64,000 nucleotides of DNA from Pseudomonadales bacterium (lineage in GTDB: Bacteria > Pseudomonadota > Gammaproteobacteria > Pseudomonadales > UBA5862): positions 671,674-735,673 of the forward strand of contig JACKOQ010000001.1 of assembly GCA_024234215.1 (NCBI GenBank), written 5' to 3'. Position 1 is the first letter of the stretch. Every line of letters begins with the position of its first letter. Below, one piece after another: positions 1 to 10,700 of this stretch. Below the pieces are notes generated by a model. The model was not told where the DNA came from and made no database searches. It was given only the letters and a program-made list of their open reading frames with translations. Made by a program: the position numbers and the translations under genes.

Positions 1-84
1 CCAGCCGGTCAGCCGGCCGTTCTGAGCGACTCGTGCGTGATCTGACGGCCGGGGGTTGACCCCGGCCGGGCGGGCGCGACCCGG

Positions 85-126
85 CAACGGCCTCTTCTGC
101 AATGGAAGGGGCCGTTGCATTTTTCT
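85..126 (+). terminator. Rho-independent terminator of an upstream (off-window) + strand gene
   Basis: 13-bp stem with one mismatch: CAACGGCCTCTTC (85-97), loop TGCAATG, GAAGGGGCCGTTG (105-117), then CATTTTTCT. A second 8-bp GC hairpin, GGCCGGGG-ttga-CCCCGGCC, lies around 48-68. Confidence 0.6.
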
Positions 127-138
127 GGAGGGTGTTTC

Positions 139-1758
139 ATGCCGCGAGGCTGTCGATTCGATGCACGGATGCCCCGCCGGTTGGCGCGCTGGCTGCCGTG
201 CGCGCTGCTGCCGTGGAGCGCGCTGCTGTCCGCCGAGGCGCCGGCCGCAGCGCCATTGCGTTTTGATGTGCTGGTCTATCTGGTCGATGGCAACAGCGTG
301 CTGTCGACGCCGGAGATCGAGCGGGCGGTCTACCCGTTTCTGGGTCCGCAGCGCAGCGTGCAGGAGATCGAAGCCGCCCGCGCGGCATTGGAGAAGGCCT
401 ATCAGCAGCGCGGCTACCTGACCGTCAGCGTCGAACTGCCGGAGCAGCAGGTGGAGAATGGCGAGGTGCGGTTGCAGGTGGTCGAGGGCCGGGTGGAGAA
501 GCTGCGTGTGACCGGGGCCAGATACCACCTGCCGAGCACGATTCGCGAAGGCTTGCCCAGTCTGGCCGCCGGCAGCGTGCCGCAGTTCGGTCAGGTGCAG
601 CAGGAGCTGGCCGATCTGGGGCGGCAGCCCGACCGGCGACTGACGCCACTGCTGCGACCGGGCAAGGCGCCGGGCACGCTGGAGGTGGAGCTGCAGGTCG
701 AAGAGCAGTTGCCGCTGCATGGCACGCTGGAGGCCAACAGCAAGCAGAGCCCCAACACGGTGGCCGGACGGCTCGAAGGGGGGCTGCGCTATGACAACCT
801 GTTCCAGCTTGGCCACACCTTGGGGCTCAACTGGATCCTGGCGCCGGGCAACCCCGACCATGCCGACATTCTGACGCTCAACTACGGGCTGCCGTTCGCA
901 GGGGGCGATTACGCCTATGCCTTCATCACCCGCTCCGACAGCGATGTGCCCACCGGTGTCGGTGGCGCCACCGTGGTCAAGGGCACCTCGCTGGGAGCGC
1001 GTTACCGCATCGACCTGCCCAACCGCGGCGGCCTGTTCAGCCACGGCTTCAGCTTCGGGGTCGACCACAAGGACAACCAGGATGACCTGACCCAGGCCGG
1101 GCTGCTGGTGCCGCGCTCGCTCAAATACTGGTCGCTGGCGGCGCGTTATGACCAGAGCCGTTTCGACAGTGGCGACGGCGTCACCGCCAACTTCGACCTC
1201 AATCTGACGCTCGGCATCCGCGGTCTGGCCGAGCGCACGGTCGACTGCGACGGGGTGCCGACCGATCAGTTCGCCTGCAAGCGCTTCAATGCCCAGCCCA
1301 ACTTCATGGTCTGGCGCGCTGCCGCCGAGCAGCGGCGCCCGCTCTGGAGCGGCTGGACGCTGCGGCTGCGCGGCGAGGCGCAGTGGGCCAACGGGCCACT
1401 GGTGTCGCAGGAGCAGTATGGCAGCGGCGGCAGCAGTTCGGTGCGCGGCTATCAGGAGTATGAGCAGTTTGGCGACCAGGGCGGCCTGCTGAGTCTGGAG
1501 CTGGGCACGCCACCCTTCTGGCAGTGGAGCGCGTTGAAATTCAGCGCGCTCGGTTTCGTCGAGCGCGGTCAGGCCTGGCTGATCGACGCGCTGCCCGGCG
1601 AGGATGCCAGCATGGCACTCGCCAGCTATGGCCTGGGGCTGGCGGCCGAGGGCGACGGCTTCAGCAGCCGGTTCGAATGGGGCATGCCGCTCTTTTCCAC
1701 CCGTCACACCCGCCGCAACGATGGGCTGTTCTATCTGTCGGCCCGGGGCGAATTTTGA
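139..1758 (+). CDS. Two-partner secretion outer-membrane transporter (TpsB; ShlB/FhaC/HecB family)
   Basis: The 115-1758 ORF has a signal peptide (MPRRLARWLPCALLPWSALLSAEA), a POTRA-like N-terminal region (VEGRVEKLRVTG) and a C-terminal beta-barrel ending in an aromatic residue (LSARGEF). It sits immediately upstream of a TpsA gene. I place the start at ATG 139 because GGAGGG lies 6 nt upstream and codon 115 falls inside the terminator hairpin. Confidence 0.88.
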   Translation: MPRGCRFDARMPRRLARWLPCALLPWSALLSAEAPAAAPLRFDVLVYLVDGNSVLSTPEIERAVYPFLGPQRSVQEIEAARAALEKAYQQRGYLTVSVELPEQQVENGEVRLQVVEGRVEKLRVTGARYHLPSTIREGLPSLAAGSVPQFGQVQQELADLGRQPDRRLTPLLRPGKAPGTLEVELQVEEQLPLHGTLEANSKQSPNTVAGRLEGGLRYDNLFQLGHTLGLNWILAPGNPDHADILTLNYGLPFAGGDYAYAFITRSDSDVPTGVGGATVVKGTSLGARYRIDLPNRGGLFSHGFSFGVDHKDNQDDLTQAGLLVPRSLKYWSLAARYDQSRFDSGDGVTANFDLNLTLGIRGLAERTVDCDGVPTDQFACKRFNAQPNFMVWRAAAEQRRPLWSGWTLRLRGEAQWANGPLVSQEQYGSGGSSSVRGYQEYEQFGDQGGLLSLELGTPPFWQWSALKFSALGFVERGQAWLIDALPGEDASMALASYGLGLAAEGDGFSSRFEWGMPLFSTRHTRRNDGLFYLSARGEF

Positions 1759-1791
1759 CGATGACGGCCGAACACCACGGCAGGAGCTAGC

Positions 1792-4700
1792 ATGAACCGA
1801 GGCATCCACCGGCTGATTTTCGACCCGCGGCGCGCCATGCTGGTGCCGGTGGCGGAGTCGGTGCGCGCCCGCAGATCCACGGCGGCCGGCAGTGGTCGGC
1901 TGGTGGGGCTCTGCGCGCTGCTGACCCTGCTGCTGCCGGCCGCGCTCTGGCCGCGGCTGGCCAGCGCGGCCCGGCCATTGCCGAGCTCGGCGACCCAGGC
2001 ACCCCAGGCCAACCTGCCGCAGGCGGCGGCCCAGTTCAACCAGCTCGGACGGGCCACCCAGGCCGTGGATGCGACCAACCCGCAGCGGCTGCTGGTCGAG
2101 CAGCAGGATCAGCGGGTGATTCTCAACTGGTCGAGTTTCGACATCGGCCGGGACCACAGCGTCAGGTTCAATCAGCCGACCGGCGGCTCGGCGCTCAACC
2201 GCATCGGCGGCAGCTCGCCGAGCGTCATTCTGGGGTCGCTCGAAGCCAATGGTGAACTGATTCTCTACAACGCCAATGGCGTGCTGTTCGGCAGTGGCGC
2301 CACCGTCAGCAGCGGCAACTTCATCGCCACCACGCTGAACATCGCCGATCAGCAGTTCGAGCAGGGTTTTCGCAACATCACCCGCCATGCGCCGGCCTTC
2401 GCCGCGGCCGACGGCGAGCTGGAGGGTTTCGTGCGGGTCGAGGCCGGCGCCAGCATCGCTGCGGCCAGTGGCGGCGACATCATGCTGTTCGCGCCACGGC
2501 TGCTCAACGAGGGGCGGCTGAGTGCACCGAGCGGACAGGTGGCATTGGCCGCCGGGCAGAAGGTCTATCTGGCGGCGTCGCTCAACCCCTCCGAGCGCGG
2601 CCTGCTGGTCGAGGTCGATCCGTTCGAGGCCGCGGTCACCGGCGGTGATCCGGACTACAACCGGGCCGAGAATGCGGCCCGGGGTTCGACCAGTACGCTG
2701 AGCAATGGCCAACTGGTGCAGCGGGTCAATGAGATCGTCGCCGAGCGTGGCAGCGTCAGCATGGTGGGGCTGTCGGTGCGGCAGAACGGCACGGTGCGGG
2801 CCACCACCGCGGTGAAGGGACAGAATGGCGCGATCCGTCTGCTGGCCCACGGCAAGACCGTCAGTGCCAGCCACAGCGATGGCATCACCGGCCACACGAT
2901 GGCGGCCGCCAGCGAATTCGGCGAACTGGTGGTCGGGCCGCAGAGCGTGACCCGGATCGATGCAGATACCAGCAGTGCCACCCAGCTCGATGCCGAGCCC
3001 TTCTACAACTCGACCGTCAGCCTGGAAGGCAAGCAGATCCATCTGCAAGGGGGCGCGCAGATCATCGCGCCCGGTGCCGGCGGCGTGACGCCGGCGGCCG
3101 ATGCCCAGTATCCGGAAACGCGGCGCGGCGTCACGCTGCGTGCCAGCGCGACGCCGCTCAGCTCGGGCGCACTGGGGGTGGCCAATGCCAGCAGCAGTGA
3201 CGACAGCCGCATCGTCATCGATCCCGGCGTGCTGATCGATGTGTCGGGCAACGATGTCGATCTGCCGATGCAGCGCAACGTACTGACCGGGCGGCTGTTC
3301 TCGATCCAGTTGGCCGACTCGCCGCTGCAACGCACCGGCGTGCTCTACCGGCAGGAGATCTCCTTCGACCTGCGCAAGGGGCTGTCGATTGCCGATGTCG
3401 ACGACTTTTACGGACAGATTGGCCGCACGGCGGCCGAGCGGCTGACCGCGGGCGGCCGCATCGACATCCGGGCGGATGGCGCAGTGGTGGTCGGTGAGGG
3501 GGCGACGCTCGACTTCTCCGGCGGCAGCCTGCGCTATGCCGGTGGCGAGATCCGCACCACGCAGTTGCGCAAGGGCAACCAGCTGGTCGACATCAGCGCC
3601 GCCCGGCCCGACGTGGTCTATGACCAGATCATGCCGTCGACGCGGGGCCGTTATGAACCCGGCTATGTCGAGGGCAGGAACGCCGGCGAGCTGACGCTGG
3701 TCGGACGGCAACTGCTGCTGGATGGCACCCTGCGCGGCGGCGTGCAGTTGGGACGTTATCAGCGCGGCGGTCCGGCCGGCGCCAGCCCGCTGGCAGGTCG
3801 CCTGCAACTGGGCATGGTGGCGGGACCCGCCGCATCGCCGGACCACTATCTGAGCAGCGTGCTGCTGGCTGCGGCCGGTGGCGAGCGCGTTGGGGCCGAC
3901 TTTTTCGCCAATCCGTTCACGGCGCTGCTGCCGGCCGCGCGCACCGCCACCACCACCCTCTCGTCCCGGATGCTGATGGCGGGCGGGCTGGGTCGCATCG
4001 AGTTGCTGGCCAATGATCGGGTGCAGGTCGCCGCCGACAGCGACCTCGATCTCGGTCCGGGTGGCAGCTTCACCGCCACGGCCCGGCGCATCGAGGTGGA
4101 GGGTCGCATCCAGGCCGCGGCGGGGGGCATCACCCTCAATGCCCGGCCGACGATTTTGACCGGCGCCACGCCGGCGCCGAACGCCGGGCTCTCGGTGCTG
4201 CTGGCGCCGTCGGCCCGGCTCGACACCGCAGGGCGCTGGAGCAACGATGCGCTGGGCACGCTGCACGGGACGACCTTCGATGCCCCGGTGGCGGTCGGCG
4301 GTGGGTCGATCAAGGTGGCGGCTTACGATTCGGTGCTGCTGGCGGCGGGTGCGGCGCTCGATGTGTCGGCGGGGGCCTGGCGCAGTGCCACCGGCAAGGT
4401 CAGCCAGGGCGCGGCCGGCGCCATCGATCTGGCCGCCAATGTCGGCAATGGCGATCCATTGACGCAGAGCGGCACGGTGCAACTGGCGGGCAGCGTCACC
4501 GGCTACGGTTTTGCGGGTGGGGGGCGGTTGACGCTCTCATCGCTGGAGATCACGGTGGCCGATCTGGCCAGCGGCGGGCTGTGGCTGATGCCGGCATTCT
4601 TCTCCGATCACGGTTTCGAGACGATCGACTTGCGGTCGATCGATGATCTGCTCATCGCCGATGGCACCCGGATCGACGCCCGCTTGCGCAACCGGGTGCT

Positions 4701-7700
4701 CGACATCGATGCCGCCGATCGCCCCAGCGGCACGCCGATCAGTGCGCTCAGCCACTTTGCCGTGCCGGGCGAGCAGGATGAGGTGGCCAACAGGCCGGTC
4801 AATCTGAATTTTGCCGCCACCCGTCTGCCCTCGGCCTCGGCCGGCATCACCGGTGCCAATCTGCAGGTCGGTCGCGGTGCCAGCGTGGCCACCACGGCCG
4901 GTGGCGCATTGAGCTTCAGCGCCGGCAACAGCCTGACCGTGGCCGGCACGCTGCAAGCCTTGGGCGGCACCATCGATCTGTCGATCGAGGGGGTGCGCGG
5001 TGGCTCGGCCAGCGATCCGGACAAGATCGGCTTTCTGCCGGCACAGGCGCTCTGGCTGACCGACACTGCACGGCTGCTGGCCGGCGGCACCGCCGAACAG
5101 TCCTACAGTCCGCTCGGCCTGCGCAGCGGCGTGGTCCATGGGGGCGGCACGGTGACCTTGAACGCCAACCGTGGCTATCTGCTGGCCGAAGCCGGTTCGC
5201 TGATCGACATCAGTGGCCATGAGACGACCTTCGACCTTTACGCTGGCAGAGCGAATGCACTGATCTCGCGGGATGCCGGCAGTCTCACCCTGACCTCGCC
5301 CGAAGGCATTCTGTTCGACGCCACGCTGCGGGCGATGGCGCCCAGCCCGCATGCGCTGGGCGGCCGCCTGGCGCTGTCGATCAGTCGGCAGGGGCTGGAC
5401 AACTTCACCGAGGGCACCGCCTACCCGACCGGCGAGCGCAAGATCCTGCTCCAGCGTGACGGCACCGTGCTGCCGGCCGGGCTGCATCCGGGCGATGTGC
5501 TCGATCTGGCCCTCGGCAATGGCGTGGCCGCGCTGTCGGCCGCAGCGGTGGAAAGCGCCGGGTTCGCCTCGGTCAGACTGCGGGCCGATGACCGCATCGA
5601 ATTCACCCAGGATGTCGCACTCGCCACGGCGCGTGCACTGGAACTCGACAGCCGGGTCATCTCTGCCCAGGGCAGCGCGGCGGTGCTGCTGGAGGCGCCC
5701 TATCTACGGCTTGGCGACAGTGACATTCAGCCGGTGGCCGGCATGGCCGCGCCGACGGCGGCTGCGGGCATGGCGACATTGACGGCCCATGCCGACCTGA
5801 TTGATCTGGTGGGCACGCTGGGTTTGCAGGGCTTCTCTGCCACCCAGCTCAATGCCGCGCGCCACGGCCTGCAGCAGGGTGAGATTCGCCTGCATGGCGC
5901 GCCGCTCAGCGGCACGGCACAGCGCGGTGCACTGCTGTTTGCCGGCACGCTCGATCTGACCGCCGGGCAGATCACGCCGACCACCTTCTCCACCTTCGAC
6001 ATCACCGGATTGTCCGGTGACTCGCTGCTGCGCACCCATGCGCCAGTCGGCGGTTCGACCGCGGCACTGCCGCTGTCGGCCTTTGGCAGCCTCAGGTTGA
6101 GCGCGGACGCCATCGAGCATGGCGGTGTCATTCGCGCGCCCTTTGGCCGACTGGAGCTGGCCGCGACCAACCGGCTGGAGCTGCTGGACGGCAGCGAGCT
6201 GTCGCTCGCTGGCAGCGGTCTGACCGTGCCGGTGGGCACCACGGTGAATGGCAGCAGCTGGAACTACTTCCCGCTGGGAACGGCTGCCGGCAATGCGGAG
6301 CTGTTCCGCACCATCACGGCGCTGCCGGTCGACCGGCAGGTGCTGCTGAATGGCGGCACGATGGCCATCTCTGCCGGGGCGCGGGTCTCGGCGGCCGGTG
6401 GCGGCGCGGTGCAGGCGGCGGAGTTCATCGCCGGCGCCGGTGGTTCGATCGACTATCTGGCCAGCACGCCGGGCCTCCATGCAGTGCTGCCCGGTTACAG
6501 CTTCGGCTATGCGCCGCACGATGCCCAGATTCAGGCCGGCACCGACCTGCTGCCGGGTGAGCAGATCGTCATCACCATGGCGGGCTCGGCGCTGGCGCCC
6601 GGCCGCTACACGCTGTTGCCGGCGGCCTACGCCCTGCTGCCCGGCGCCGTGCTGGTCTCCAGGGCGGCCGATCAGGGCAGCAGTGCGCTCGACCGGGCGC
6701 TGTTGCTGAGCGATGGCAGCCGGGTGGTGACCGGCTATCGCACGGTTGCTGGTACGGCGGCGATGGACGATCTCCAGCGCTATCTGGTCGAGCCGGCCGC
6801 GACCTTTCGTGCCAAGGCGGAATATCGGCTGGTCAGCGGCGATGACTTTTTCAGCGGGCAGGCGGCCCGACTCGGTGGCGATCCGGGTCGCCTGACGCGG
6901 GATGCCGGACGGATTTCACTGGTGGCCAACCAGTTGCTCGACTGGAAGGCGCTGTTCGATCTCTCCGCACCACTGGGTGGCCGGGCCGGGGAGTTCGATC
7001 TGGTGCTGCCGAACATCGTGCTGACGCGGGAGGGTGAAGCGGCGTCGGCAGGGCACACGGCGGCCGATGGTTACACGCAGGTGAGCATCGACAGGCTGAT
7101 GGCCACCGGCGCCGGCAGCATCCTGCTGGGGGGTACGCGCAGCGGTGATGGGGTCGTCTCCATCACCACCGGCAGTGAGCGGGTGCGTGTCGAGAGTGGC
7201 CTGCAGCTCGATGAGCTGCTGCTGGCGGCGCGCAGGGCAGTGGAGGTGGCCGATGACGTCGACATGAGTGCCACCGGCCGCCGCGACAGCGCAGCCGGGC
7301 AGTTGAATCTGAGCGGTGATGGCGCGCTGCTGCGCATCTCCAACCGCATGGGCGTCGACCTGGTGCGCAGCGGGGTTGCGCGTGCCGCTGGCTTCGGTGA
7401 TCTGCTGATCGGCGCGAACACGACCTTCAACGCAGCGCAGGTGGAGATCGACGCCACCGGCAGCCTGACGCTCGACAGCAGTGCCCGCCTCTTTGCCGAC
7501 GCCTTTGGCCTGGGTGCCGGACGCATCGCCTTCTCGGCCGCTTCGCCCGAGGGCGATGGCGTGGTCATCGAGGGGGCGCTGCTCGACTCGGTGCGTGGCG
7601 CCAGCAGCCTCTCGCTGCGCAGTTACAGCACCATCGATTTTCTCGACAGCCTCGATCTGGCGCTGGTGGGCAGTGGCCGTCTGTTGCTGGATGCCGCGTC

Positions 7701-10700
7701 GCTGCGCGGTCTGGGCGATGCAGATGACGTGGTGCATCTGCGTGCGGGCGAGGTCCTGCTGCGCAACAGTTCGGGCGGGGCGTTGGCGGCACAGGGACAG
7801 GGCAGGCTCACCATCGAGGCGCAGCCGCCGCTGCGTGACCGGGTCACCGGTGGGCTCGAACTCGGCGGTGGCAGCCAGGCGCTCGGCTTCGATCAGGTCA
7901 CATTGAGTTCGGCGGGTGACCTGATCTTCTCCGGCAGCGGCCAGCTCACCACGCTGGATCGGCTCGATCTGCTGGCGCAGCGGCTCACCACCACCACTGC
8001 CGCTGACCACACCGTCACGGCCGGCGGTGTGCTGACCATCGGCAGGCCGACCGCGGGCCACAGCCTGAATGAGCGCGTTGGCCTCGGCGGCAAGCTGACA
8101 CTGACCGGGCAGCAGGTGTTTCAGCATGGCACCATCGACCTGCCCGGCGGGCAGATTTCGCTGATCGCGACCAACAGTGCCAATGCCGTGCAGGGCATCG
8201 AACTGTCGGCCGGTTCGATCACCCGTGCCGGTGGCTTCGCCACCACCCTGCCGGAGGGTGGGGCGGCATTCGGCGATGCCGGGTGGATCGATCTGACCGC
8301 CCGGCAGGGCGCCATCCTGATCGATGGCAGGGTCAGTGTCGCGGCCCAGGCGGGGGGTGGCCATGCAGGGCGACTGAGCCTCTCGGCGATCGGCAGTGAT
8401 GGCACGCTGATTCTGGGCGACAACGCACTGCTCGAAGGCGAGGCCGGTGACGGCGGCGCGGGTGGGAGCTTCTCTGCCGACCTGATGACGCTGCCGGATG
8501 ATGCCGCCGACGGCAGCGATGGACTCGATGGAGTCGCTGCCGCGACCGGCGACTTCAGCCACCTCTTCAACCTGCGGGTCGGCAGCGGCGATGTGGCCCT
8601 CAATACCGGGCAGGTGAAAGCCGGGCAGATTCTGATTTCCGCCGATGCCGGCAGCCTGACCATCGGCTCGACCCTCGATGCCCGTGCCGCCCGGGGTGGG
8701 GTGGTGCAACTGAGCGCGCGGGATGCGCTCACGCTGGCGAACGGCGGACGCATCCTGGCCAACTCGACGCGCGCGGGGGCGAATGGGGGTGATGTGCTGC
8801 TCTCTTCCAGCACGGGCCGGGTCACTGTCGCCGCCGGCGCCGCCATCGATGCCGGCGGCGATGACGACAAGGATGGCCGCGTGGTGTTGCGGGCCGAACG
8901 CAGTGGCACGACAGTCAAGGTCGATCCGATTGCCGGCGTGATCAATGCGGCCGAGGTTTCGATCGAGGCGCTCAGGCGCTATGTCGGCAGTTCGATCAAG
9001 AGCGGCACCACCCTGGGTGCGGCCATTGGCCAGAGCACGCTGCTGGCGGACATCACCAGCTTCATGGCGAACAAGAGCGCGATTCTGACCGCGCTGGGGG
9101 TGGCCACCGATCCGCGCTTTCATCTGCGGCCGGGCGTGGAGGTCACCTCAAGCGCTGATTTGACGCTGACGAATGACTGGAACCTCTACGCCGCGAGCCG
9201 TCCCGGCGGTGAACCCGGCTTTCTGACGCTGCGCGCGGCCGGCAATCTCAATATCAGCAACAACCTCAGCGATGGTTTCAATGGGCTGCTGCGCACTTCG
9301 CTGCTTCAGTCAGGCGATGCCTGGTCGATGCGGCTGGTGGGTGGTGCCGATCTGGCTGCGGCCAATCCGCTGGCGGTCAACCGCAACCCGATCGGTGATC
9401 TGACGCTCGCCGGTGGCAAGCTGCTGCGCACCAGCTCCGGCTCCATCGAACTGGCGGCCGGGCGCGACATCGTGCTGGGTGGCACCACGACGGCGCCGGC
9501 GACCGTGATGGTCACCGGCACGGCCTCGACGCTCGCTCCGGCGCTCGCGGCCGAGTTCACCACGCCGGCCAACGCGCTCTTCACGGCCCATGGCGGCCGA
9601 CTGACCGCCAGCGCCGGGCGTGACATCCGCAGTCCGGTCAGCGACCAGACCCTGATCAACAACTGGTTCTGGCGCTCCGGACGGCTCGATGCAGGTGGCA
9701 ACTTCTCATCGAGCAGCCTGGCCTGGTGGAGCCGCCTCGACCTGTTCCGTCACGGCTTCGGCTCCTTTGGCGGCGGCAACATCCTGCTCAGCGCCGGGCG
9801 GAACCTTCAGGATGTCGGCGCCTTCGCCCCCAGCTCGGCACGCATGACGTCGCGGATCCCCGATGCATCGAAGCTGCTGGTCGAGAATGGCGGCGACATC
9901 GAGGTTCTGGCCGGCGGCGACATTGCCGGCGGCAGCTTCTTCGTCGGGCGGGGTCAGGGGCTGATCAGGGCGGCAGGCGAAATCGGCAGCGGCACGGCAC
10001 TCAATTCGACCATCGGTCCTCTGGCGCCGGTGCTGGCCCTCAATGACGGCGGCTGGACGCTGCGTGGCCGCAGCGACGTGGCGATCACTGCCGCGTTCAA
10101 CCCGACCATCATGGTGCCCAACAGCAGCAACAGCGGCAGCTTCTTCTACAGCTATGGCAGCAGTGCCACTCTGAATCTGGCCAGCACGGCCGGCGACTTT
10201 CACTGGCAAGATCTGAGCAGCGCCGGGCTCAACAGTCTGCGGGCGCTGCCCACCGGCACCGGCACCCTGAATGAAGATCTGGTCAGTTTCGTGCCGGTCA
10301 CCACTCCAACCCCCTACATCGCACCGCCCCGGGTAGAGATCATGGCCCATGCCGCGGATGTGGTTCTGTCCGGCAACCGCAACAACACGCTGGGGATCTC
10401 TCTTTACCCGTCGACGCTGGGCAGCCTGGTGCTGCATGCCGGTGGTGATCTGTTCCTCAACAGCTCGCTGCGGATGATGGACAACCGGCTCGCCGACCTG
10501 GCCGGGGTCACCAATCCGGTCTTCACCGCCACCAACAGCGCCATTCTCGGTCTGGTGGGCAGCACCATCGGTTACGACATCAACAAGCTGCTGTTCACCG
10601 ACCTGCATCAAGCGGACAGCAACCCGGTGCACATCGATGCTCGAGGCTCACTCAATGTCGTGGACGGCAAGAAGCTGATCATGCCCAAGCAGGCGCTGCT

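Noticed and set aside
115-138. The ORF-track start of tpsB at 115, and the over-extended N-termini of other track ORFs: ffh from 20178, dsbD to 51113, fumA to 16797, the GGDEF gene to 31702, DUF938 from 12250, yggX from 32744 and the FAD oxidase from 51246.
   Set aside because: Codon 115 lies inside a terminator hairpin. In the other cases the extensions overlap neighbouring genes or promoters and lack homology, whereas internal starts have RBS motifs and match the canonical N-termini.
6916-9123. Long antisense ORFs opposite real genes. Examples are 6916-9123 (735 aa), 10648-12711 (687 aa), 4537-5487, 22589-23971, 25172-27085 (637 aa), 27492-29024, 31635-32876, 35707-37020 and 39365-40798.
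   Set aside because: Their translations are Arg/Ala/Gly/Pro/Gln-rich low-complexity strings with no motifs. Each lies opposite a gene with strong, recognisable homology. Stop-free shadow frames of this kind are expected at ~65% GC.
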